A DNA stretch of 64,000 bases from Planctomycetales bacterium. GTDB lineage: Bacteria > 4484-113. The position numbers were made by a program, and so were the translations under genes. Below the pieces are notes generated by a model. That model did not search any database, had not been told where the DNA came from, and saw only the letters and a list, made by a program, of their open reading frames with translations. Shown piece by piece: positions 9,514-17,327 of the stretch. Within the stretch, counting starts at the first letter, position 1; each line of letters opens with the position of its first letter. The DNA lies in NCBI GenBank assembly GCA_037441675.1, contig JBBIRS010000001.1:128001-192000 (forward strand), read 5' to 3'.

Positions 9514-11190
9514 ATGCGCAGTTTAATTTTCACTTTAGCGTTGGTTCTCTCCCTGGCTCTATCCACAGGAGCTTTTGCTCAGATGTTTAGGGATGTTCCA
9601 CCGGATCACTGGGCATACGAAGCCATTGATTATCTCCAGCAAGAGGGCCTTGTAGAGGGTTACCCAGATGGTACCTTCCAGGGTCAGCGCTCCTTTACCC
9701 GTTACGAAATGGCTATGGTTGTCGCACGTATCTACTCCAAGCTGGATGAGAAGCTTTCAGCTTTTGATCCTGCTAAGCTGGACGAGATTAACTCTCGCTT
9801 GGATCAGCTTGCCAATGAGTTCAAGGACGAATTGGCAGAGTTGGGTGTCCGTTTGGACCAGCTTGAGAGCACAGTCTCTCAGCATGGTAAGGACATTGAC
9901 CAGCTCAAAGCTCTTATCCGCGAGTCAAATTTAAGTGGCGTTTATCGTGTGCGAACCGGTGCGTACGTAGATACCGGAGTTGTTGATATGTCCAACGACT
10001 TCGGTCACGAGCAGTGGATTGAACTCCACTATGGCTTCCAGCCAGAGGAGAACATTCGCTTTGATTTCAGCCTAACATCGGCTGAGGCTCAGGGTGCTGT
10101 AGGAACGGGCATCATTCCAGGTGCTGGAAACGAGACTGCCTTTACGACCATTGCCACTCCTCCCAACTTCTACTCTCAAGCAGCTTCCAGCTTCGTTCTT
10201 GACAAGGCAATGGCAACAATTGACCTGACACCTTACACTGATGCATTTGGTGACACTCCCACGCTGACTGTTGGTCGTCAATACTTCAGTGAGGGCGAGT
10301 TTGGGCTAGCTGGCGATAACGGCTTCCGTTCCAACTTCGGTTACCGTTTTGACACAACGTGGGAGGATGGTGAATGGGCGTTCTATGTTGGTGCATACCG
10401 CGTGGAGTCCGCGCCAGCAACTTTCGCACCATTCTTTAACCCCTTCACTAGAAGCTTCATGTCCAGTGCCATCAATGCTCCATTTGACAGTGATGATTAC
10501 GTAAATCTCGGTTTCAAGTACAGAGGGCGCGAGGGCAAGTTCCCCGGACACGATTACGATCTCGCTATTAACATTGATGGTAGCCCCAATGGTTACGGTG
10601 CTGAGCAGTTTCTAAGCATTTCTGGAAACGCGGAAATTCCGTGGTTTGATGACGAATGGCTTAACGGCATCCGTGCTGAGTGGGTTTGGGTACCAAACAA
10701 CGTTAGCGACTTCGACGCGGAGGATATCGGGCTTGAGGATATGAACACAATCGTTGGGCTTGACATCTACAACGATGGCAGAACAAAGTTCACCCTCTAC
10801 GGTGCAAGCATTGCCCAGCTCGAAGGTCTACCAGTTTTTGCCAACGTTGATAACGATCCCTTCAGCGAGTGGGACTACACTGTGAACGGTCCAGGTGATG
10901 CCTTTAACTTTAGCCGTGAGGGTAAGAACTTCTTCCCGTCAGACTTTGAAGGTATTGGTGTTACCTTTGAACACACCTTCCCCAACGATCTTTACGGGAA
11001 ACTCACGTGGTACACTGGAGAGCGTATTAATGCGTTCTTTGATGCACGTCCTGACCTCCTGAAGTTCAATTTCCGTTACCCATTTGCTAAGAATGCTTCA
11101 CTTGGGTTGGACGTGATTACTTCTGGTCAGAGCGATGGTCTTGAAGACGCTATTACTCTCGTTCGTGGTGAGTTCTTACTTCACTTCTAG
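9514..11190 (+). CDS. SLH-domain outer-membrane protein (OmpM-like: SLH, coiled coil, beta-barrel)
   Basis: Signal peptide ending AFA-Q; SLH motif FRDVPPDHWAYEAI...GYPDGTF.G.RSFTRYEMA; heptad region LANEFKDELAELGVRLDQLE; beta-rich C-terminus ending in Phe; SD AAGGAG; codons biased to TTC/AAC/TAC/GGT/CGT, suggesting high expression. Confidence 0.88.
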   Translation: MRSLIFTLALVLSLALSTGAFAQMFRDVPPDHWAYEAIDYLQQEGLVEGYPDGTFQGQRSFTRYEMAMVVARIYSKLDEKLSAFDPAKLDEINSRLDQLANEFKDELAELGVRLDQLESTVSQHGKDIDQLKALIRESNLSGVYRVRTGAYVDTGVVDMSNDFGHEQWIELHYGFQPEENIRFDFSLTSAEAQGAVGTGIIPGAGNETAFTTIATPPNFYSQAASSFVLDKAMATIDLTPYTDAFGDTPTLTVGRQYFSEGEFGLAGDNGFRSNFGYRFDTTWEDGEWAFYVGAYRVESAPATFAPFFNPFTRSFMSSAINAPFDSDDYVNLGFKYRGREGKFPGHDYDLAINIDGSPNGYGAEQFLSISGNAEIPWFDDEWLNGIRAEWVWVPNNVSDFDAEDIGLEDMNTIVGLDIYNDGRTKFTLYGASIAQLEGLPVFANVDNDPFSEWDYTVNGPGDAFNFSREGKNFFPSDFEGIGVTFEHTFPNDLYGKLTWYTGERINAFFDARPDLLKFNFRYPFAKNASLGLDVITSGQSDGLEDAITLVRGEFLLHF

Positions 11191-11211
11191 TTCTTAATTC
11201 TTCCCCCGTCG

Positions 11212-11250
11212 AAAAAAAGGGTTCCAGCCCGCAGGCTGGAACCCTTTTTT
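11212..11250. terminator. Bidirectional rho-independent terminator
   Basis: AAAAAAAGGGTTCCAGCC-CGCA-GGCTGGAACCCTTTTTT: perfect stem with A and T tails, between convergent genes. Confidence 0.93.
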
Positions 11251-11285
11251 GTTGGGAGAGTTAGGGACTAGTCAGAACATTTAGT

Positions 11286-11651
11286 TTAGACCCCACCCTC
11301 TAAATGAAAAATTTGAGGTTGCCTATCATTAACATCGCGAAAATTCACCTCAATTAAATCAAACCTGATAGGTTTCCCATATAGACGGTGCTTGCGCAAG
11401 TAAATTTCTGCTACCGTTTCAATCTTTTGAGCCTTTTCACGGTTCACCCTGTCACGAGGCGAGAATCCCGGATGGATTACGCCGGACTTAACCTCTGTGA
11501 AGACGATTAGCTCCTTGTGGCTTGTAATTATGTCTATCTCGCCTTTCTTGGTAGTAAAGTTTCTAGCTAAGAGCTTGTGTCCTTTTCGTTTAAGGTGTAA
11601 GACAGCTAAACGCTCAGCCCTGTTCCCAAGGCGAAGGTGAGTGGGGGTCAT
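11286..11651 (-). CDS. yraN: YraN family (UPF0102) nuclease-like protein
   Basis: LGNRAERLA...LARNF...GEIDII...FTEVKS...IRFDLIEV; true start probably the ATG at 11651 (MTPTHLRLG), not 11768. Confidence 0.88.
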   Translation of the reverse strand: MTPTHLRLGNRAERLAVLHLKRKGHKLLARNFTTKKGEIDIITSHKELIVFTEVKSGVIHPGFSPRDRVNREKAQKIETVAEIYLRKHRLYGKPIRFDLIEVNFRDVNDRQPQIFHLEGGV

Positions 11652-11832
11652 CAACTGTAAAGGGGCTCTTCTTTTTAAGAACCCCAACAAAAACTGTAAG
11701 GGGTTCAAGGGAAAACGTTGCCAGACAGAAAGGACACTCCATTTCTTCGCCTTCTTTTTTATCATCACCTATCAAAAGGAGTCTACTACAATCTGGGCAG
11801 AATACTTTACCAGCCGTGCGTGGAAGTTTCAT
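11614..11832 (-). CDS. Small LysW-like zinc-ribbon protein
   Basis: CPDC-x17-CPFC with GEEMEC; TGGTATAAT lies 6 nt upstream of the ATG; overlaps the yraN start. Confidence 0.65.
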   Translation of the reverse strand: MKLPRTAGKVFCPDCSRLLLIGDDKKEGEEMECPFCLATFSLEPLTVFVGVLKKKSPFTVDDPHSPSPWEQG

Positions 11833-11912
11833 TGATTTATTATACCACTGGTAGTCTGATAAAGCTATAAAATGATATAATCATCAGCACTTGGAATTAG
11901 GAAACTCACAAA

Positions 11913-12911
11913 ATGTTAGAAAGGCTTGTAGAGCAAAAAGGCGCTGAATCGCCAGGCATCCCACAAGATGAACTTATGGTCGCAAACCAAGGGATTCAAC
12001 GCATCATTGACAATGTTGAGAAGGTTATATTTGGCAAATCAGAGGTAATCAGGAGAATTATAGGTGCAGTACTGGTAGATGGGCACGTTTTACTAGACGA
12101 TGTGCCTGGCATTGGCAAGACTATGCTAGCTAAGGCTTTAGCAAAATCAATTTCCGCTGAATTCCGACGTATTCAATTCACACCTGATTTGTTACCATCG
12201 GACATTACTGGAAGCTATATTTTTAACCAGAAAACCGGCGAGTTCACGTTTAGAGCCGGTCCTATTTTCGCAAATATTGTACTTGCAGATGAGATAAATC
12301 GCGCTTCACCGAGAACCCAGTCATCGCTCCTTGAAGCCATGGAGGAAAGACAGGTCACGGTTGATGGTGTCTCCCATGCTCTTCCTCAGCCATTTATTGT
12401 TATCGCAACTCAAAACCCGATTGAACATGAAGGAACCTACGACCTACCGGAGGCTCAGCTGGATAGGTTCCTAATTCGGGTAAAAATAGGTTACCCTCCT
12501 TCTGATGAGGAGGCAGAAATACTAGAAGCGCAAAGAGAGGAGCATCCAATTCACTCGCTAAAGTCTGTGATTGACCTGCAAACCCTTGAAAAGTATAGAA
12601 TTATGGCGAGAAAGGTATATGTCAAACCAAGCATCAGGAGGTATATTGTAAGTATAAGTAACGAAACTCGTAGTCATCCGGATGTTCTGGTAGGAGCATC
12701 AATTCGCGGTAGTCTAGCCCTTATGCGTTCTGCTCAAGCAAAAGCTCTCATTGAGGGTAGAGATTACATTACGCCGGAAGACGTTAAGGAAATGGCGCCG
12801 TTAGTTTTGAGTCACAGGATAATTTTACTTCCATCCGCATCGCTCTCTGGGCTTAAAAGTGAGACTACTATCCAAAATGTTCTAAAAAGAGTTCCAGTTC
12901 CTCTGCAATAA
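11913..12911 (+). CDS. MoxR family AAA+ ATPase
   Basis: GHVLLDDVPGIGKT, RIQFTPDLLPSDITG, LADEINRASPRTQSSLLEAMEE, LPEAQLDRF. Confidence 0.96.
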   Translation: MLERLVEQKGAESPGIPQDELMVANQGIQRIIDNVEKVIFGKSEVIRRIIGAVLVDGHVLLDDVPGIGKTMLAKALAKSISAEFRRIQFTPDLLPSDITGSYIFNQKTGEFTFRAGPIFANIVLADEINRASPRTQSSLLEAMEERQVTVDGVSHALPQPFIVIATQNPIEHEGTYDLPEAQLDRFLIRVKIGYPPSDEEAEILEAQREEHPIHSLKSVIDLQTLEKYRIMARKVYVKPSIRRYIVSISNETRSHPDVLVGASIRGSLALMRSAQAKALIEGRDYITPEDVKEMAPLVLSHRIILLPSASLSGLKSETTIQNVLKRVPVPLQ

Positions 12912-12934
12912 GTTTATAGTAAGATTTATTTGAG

Positions 12935-14176
12935 TTGAGCTTTCTTACCCCAAATTCTAAGGTTTTAATTGCTTTAACCGCATTCACAGGTGTCTTAGCA
13001 CTCATATTTCAGGGGCACCTATTAGTCTACACCGGCATTTTGTTGTTGACCACATGTGTAACTCTCTTCATCTGGTCTTTCCAATGCACTAAGGGACTAA
13101 CCATTGAGAGAGAACATACTCAAATATGTATGAAGGGGCAGAACGTTTTAGTTACGTTAAAGCTCATAAACCGCAGCAAATATCCAAGATTTTTAGTCTT
13201 CGGATACGATTACTTTCCTGCCGAAAGAGCTGGAGACACTTATAAATCTGTTATCTTTCCATCGGTGGCAAAGCACTCTGAAGCCCTTTATAGATACCAA
13301 GCCTATGCAGCAAGACGAGGGGTTTATAATGTGGGTCCATTTTATTTCTATTCAGGCGACCCACTCGGTTTCTTTCGCCATGTAAGAAAAGTTGATGTTT
13401 ATACGAAGATTACGGTTGTTCCTGTTCCTCTGCCTACAAGGTTAAATTACCTACAGTCCCGTTCAAGGATCCAAAAGGACGAGTATTCAACCATTGCAGT
13501 TCCAGGTCAATCAACCGAATTTCTTGGAGTTAGGGAGTACCAGCATGGTGACCCACTTCGCAAGATTCATTGGATGTCCACTGCAAGGACAGGAGAGCTT
13601 ATCACAAAGCAGTTTGAGAAAAACGTGGCTTCTTCGTTGTCCATACTGTTAATAAACTATCCAGAACTCTCAAATGGCAAATTTGAGGAGCATACACCCC
13701 TTGAATACTCCATAACCATAATCTCAACTCTAGCCAACGAAGTCAGTCGTCGTAGAAGTTATGTTTCATTCAAAGAACTAAATGGGAACTCCCCTCGCTC
13801 TGCCTCGGGAATGGGTGAGAGCTTCTTTGAAACTCTCTCTTATACTTTAGCATCGGTCACAAAGGGGGAACCATTTGAGCTGAAAAGCTATTACGAAGAA
13901 ATTATGCGTTCTTTACCTTCCAGCTCAGATTTAATAGTTATTATCCCAACGCTTTCCAGTATAGACGCTGAAATTCTCTCTCATTTGCGCCTGAATTTCA
14001 AAAGCTTATCAGTTCTTACCTTTGACTTAAATAGTTTTATCACTGCTGTTCCTAGAAGAGCAGAAAAAACCCGCTTTACCTTCGCAAGGAACTTTATGGC
14101 TTTTGAAATTGCATTTGGCGATGATTTGACTTCAAAGTTAGAACAATTTATTGGGAAAGCTGGTCTGATTAAATAG
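12935..14176 (+). CDS. DUF58 domain protein
   Basis: N-terminal TM segments, RRGVY..GP, DPLG, VREYQHGDPLRKIHWMSTAR; lies after MoxR. Confidence 0.9.
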   Translation: MSFLTPNSKVLIALTAFTGVLALIFQGHLLVYTGILLLTTCVTLFIWSFQCTKGLTIEREHTQICMKGQNVLVTLKLINRSKYPRFLVFGYDYFPAERAGDTYKSVIFPSVAKHSEALYRYQAYAARRGVYNVGPFYFYSGDPLGFFRHVRKVDVYTKITVVPVPLPTRLNYLQSRSRIQKDEYSTIAVPGQSTEFLGVREYQHGDPLRKIHWMSTARTGELITKQFEKNVASSLSILLINYPELSNGKFEEHTPLEYSITIISTLANEVSRRRSYVSFKELNGNSPRSASGMGESFFETLSYTLASVTKGEPFELKSYYEEIMRSLPSSSDLIVIIPTLSSIDAEILSHLRLNFKSLSVLTFDLNSFITAVPRRAEKTRFTFARNFMAFEIAFGDDLTSKLEQFIGKAGLIK

Positions 14177-14179
14177 ATA

Positions 14180-16585
14180 ATGAGTACATCTCAGTTCACT
14201 GGCGTAATAGATAATAGGCGCAAAGGCGAAAGAATAGCGCTATTTCTAATAACCTGTCTGGCAAGCTTATTAGGCTTACATATCCTCGATCTTGGTCTTG
14301 ACAACCTGCATTTCAAGTTAACGCTTGTGCCCATTCTAATAGCAGGTTTTGCCTTCAGTTACTCTCTTGACGAAAGGTACCATCGCGTCACCCGTGTAAT
14401 CGTCAACATCCTTGCAGTCGTTTCAACCTTCTATTTCTTTCGGCAGATAATTAACGACCCAACTTCCCTCGGTAACTGGTTGGGTATGCTACTTGGCGTC
14501 CTGATGGTTCTTCTCAGTTTTGTAGCGTTTGCACCGGTTACTCACAGGATGTTTGCAACCATTGGAATAGTCTTCACTCTATTTTCTGCAGCAGCTAGCT
14601 ATGAGTTAAAGATTGTCATATTCTTTCCGATATTTATGGCATTAGCGGGGTGTCTTCTTTATTTTTCATATTCCTTGGAACTGGCTGAAAAGGCTCAGGG
14701 CTTTACCGTAAGTGAGGATAATCTCAATGAGAAGGCATCTCTACGATGGTTCTCAGCTCTAAGAATTATCATTCAACTTGTGTTTGGTGTATTTATTCTG
14801 TCTATTATTGTTTACGTTATTGTTCCGCATTACACTGACGTTAACCGCCCAGCTTTTCTATTACCAAGAAGCGGAAGTCTTGGCGATACCTTTAATGCTC
14901 TTAACTTAGAAGACGGACTAGACGAAACCGAAAGGACAGGTGAGGCATTGAATATCACTCGCTTTTCAGAGGAGTTTGATCTTTCCGGTTCTTCTTCAAT
15001 CTTTGGTGATAGGCGATTGTTCGAGAGTGATGAGCCAGCCATTGCAATGCGTAGCTCACAAAATTCTTATCTCAGAGGAGTGGTGTTTGATCTTTACACC
15101 GGCAGGCGTTGGATGACTTCTACTGATGCTGAAGCAGTTCGCATTAGACCGATCGGTGGTAGAAAATTTTATCTTCTCACAAACGTGTTCGGCTTCCCAC
15201 TTTTGGATTTTCCCTCGCGTACACTAGAGAAAAATTACCTCTCTAGGATTAACGTCAGTGTAGTTGAAGGAAATCAATATTCATCAACTCAGAATATAGA
15301 ACTAAATTATGACCTGCACACACAAGAAATTGAGTTTCTAAAGGATCATCCGCCAGTGATTTTCACTGCCTATCAACCAATTAGGATTGAAAACCTTAGC
15401 GCCGTTAGAAGGGCAAACGAACTGGCAGAAAGCCCCGTTCCCTTTATGGATGCTTTCTCTATCGTAAGAACTAGGCTTTCCAGACATCCCGCAGGATTTA
15501 GATACAATGCAACGGTCTTAAGCCCAAGGTATACTCGGTCAGCTTTAGTGCTAGCGGGTGATGGAGTTCCAGAAGGGATACGTAAGCTATACCTCCAGTT
15601 GCCGACCGAAGAGAATCTAAAAGCACTCAAAGAGATTTATGGTGATGATGTCGCGCCAGTATCCGAGAGAGTTCGTCGGCTAGCGAGAACGATAGTTTCC
15701 GAAAGCCAAAATGTTTACGAAAAGGTTCAAAAGATTTACGATTATCTAATGAGCGAGCTAACTTACACGCTGGACTTTCCTCCACTTCCAGCTGGAGCAG
15801 AAGCAACAGAGTACTTTCTTTTTAAGACGCAGAATGGTTTCTGTATGCAGTTTGCTTCTGCAATGGCGGTTCTTTTAAGGCTCAATGACATACCCGCACG
15901 AGTGGTTGCCGGCTATGCTCCAGGACAATATTCAATAATTCAGAACAAATATATATTCAAAGATAAAAATGCTCATGCGTGGGTGGAGGTATACTTTGAT
16001 GGCATTGGCTGGGTGCCCTTTGACCCCTCACCAACCTCCTCGGATATCTTCACTCTTTCCGGTGTCAAGGCTATTGGTTCCACACTCCTTAATTTCCTTG
16101 AAAACCTCTTCGTAATTGACCCCCAAGGTGCTAGGCTTACCCTTTTGAAATTTCTTAAGGGCGTTTACACCATAATAGCGCCAATTGCGCTGAAGTTCTG
16201 GTATATTCCAGTGGTATTGGTTGGCTTCCTGCTCTTTTTAGTTATCGCTTTACATTTTCATAAAAGGATAAAAAGATTCAAACAGTTTTACGCCGAGAAT
16301 GAAATAGTAGAATGCTTCAGAGAATTTCAAGAAACTCTTAGTAGATATGCAATGCCCCGTGAGGCTTATGAAACCGCTGGAGAATACTACGGAAGAATTT
16401 CTTATGTCTTTACTCCATTAAGGGACAGCTTAAAAGAATTTATTGACATCTACAGTCGAGCAGCATTCTCAGGAAGAATACCAACAGAACGGGATATCTC
16501 ATTCGCTAGGGAATTCACTTCAAAGGCAAGGGAGTATATTGCCTCAGCTTCGGGGGACGAGATTAAAGATGCAAGTAGTATTTAA
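14180..16585 (+). CDS. Membrane transglutaminase-like protein (TgpA/DUF3488 type)
   Basis: Multiple TM helices, YLRGVVFDLYTG..W, catalytic GFCMQFASAM, HAWVEVYF, WVPFDPSP. Confidence 0.9.
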   Translation: MSTSQFTGVIDNRRKGERIALFLITCLASLLGLHILDLGLDNLHFKLTLVPILIAGFAFSYSLDERYHRVTRVIVNILAVVSTFYFFRQIINDPTSLGNWLGMLLGVLMVLLSFVAFAPVTHRMFATIGIVFTLFSAAASYELKIVIFFPIFMALAGCLLYFSYSLELAEKAQGFTVSEDNLNEKASLRWFSALRIIIQLVFGVFILSIIVYVIVPHYTDVNRPAFLLPRSGSLGDTFNALNLEDGLDETERTGEALNITRFSEEFDLSGSSSIFGDRRLFESDEPAIAMRSSQNSYLRGVVFDLYTGRRWMTSTDAEAVRIRPIGGRKFYLLTNVFGFPLLDFPSRTLEKNYLSRINVSVVEGNQYSSTQNIELNYDLHTQEIEFLKDHPPVIFTAYQPIRIENLSAVRRANELAESPVPFMDAFSIVRTRLSRHPAGFRYNATVLSPRYTRSALVLAGDGVPEGIRKLYLQLPTEENLKALKEIYGDDVAPVSERVRRLARTIVSESQNVYEKVQKIYDYLMSELTYTLDFPPLPAGAEATEYFLFKTQNGFCMQFASAMAVLLRLNDIPARVVAGYAPGQYSIIQNKYIFKDKNAHAWVEVYFDGIGWVPFDPSPTSSDIFTLSGVKAIGSTLLNFLENLFVIDPQGARLTLLKFLKGVYTIIAPIALKFWYIPVVLVGFLLFLVIALHFHKRIKRFKQFYAENEIVECFREFQETLSRYAMPREAYETAGEYYGRISYVFTPLRDSLKEFIDIYSRAAFSGRIPTERDISFAREFTSKAREYIASASGDEIKDASSI

Positions 16586-17327
16586 CGCGGATGACTTTGG
16601 CTTACATCCCGTGATTTCAGAAGGGATATTGAGGGCGCTTGATGCTGGTATCGTTCGTTCTACCTCGGTTCTGGCTACAACGGTAAGCTTGGATGAGCTA
16701 AACTCCTTTGAGAGGCTGAAAATAAGGGGAGGTTCTCTAGGCATCCATCTTTCCCTTACGCAGGGGAAACCCCTCACGGATTTTCCAGATGAATTTCTGA
16801 ACGAAGACAAGAAATTCAAGAAAGAAATTATGTTTTCTCCGATGGGTATTCCCCGTTTAGCCGAGGATATTCTTGAAAAAGAAATTCAAGCCCAGGTTGA
16901 AGCAATTATGCCATACGGTCCAACTCACATTGATTCTCATCATCACATTCATTCGTTCCACTCAGTCCTTCAGATTGTTGCGAGATTCGCGCAAAAGTAT
17001 GGCTTAGCGGTCAGAGCTCTTTCTGAAAGTATGCGCGGTTATCTTATCTCACAAGGGGTTCGATGCTGTGATGTTTTTATAGATGGCTTTTTTGGGAAAA
17101 ATAACTTGACCGAGATGAAGTTACTAGCCTTGATAGAGGATGTATTACTTAAAGGCGCAAAAAAGGTAGAAGTTATGTGTCATCCTGGTTTCTCTAACAA
17201 TCTCCCAAGGGGATTGACCTCATATGCAGATGAGAGAGAAATAGAACTCGGCATTCTAACCTCATCAGAACTTGCCAGCGAACTGAAACGAAGAGGGATT
17301 GAAATTATTAGCTATGACGCGGTTTAG
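16569..17327 (+). CDS. ChbG/HpnK (YdjC) family carbohydrate deacetylase
   Basis: NADDFG, LGIHLSLT, THIDSHHHIH, EVMCHPG; start at ATG 16569, overlapping the previous gene. Confidence 0.92.
   Translation: MQVVFNADDFGLHPVISEGILRALDAGIVRSTSVLATTVSLDELNSFERLKIRGGSLGIHLSLTQGKPLTDFPDEFLNEDKKFKKEIMFSPMGIPRLAEDILEKEIQAQVEAIMPYGPTHIDSHHHIHSFHSVLQIVARFAQKYGLAVRALSESMRGYLISQGVRCCDVFIDGFFGKNNLTEMKLLALIEDVLLKGAKKVEVMCHPGFSNNLPRGLTSYADEREIELGILTSSELASELKRRGIEIISYDAV

Noticed and set aside
11652..11768. N-terminal extension of YraN in the ORF track; similar extensions at 16443, 20816, 54662, 58044 and 58079
   Set aside because: The extensions overlap other genes or promoters; downstream starts fit family length and signals better.
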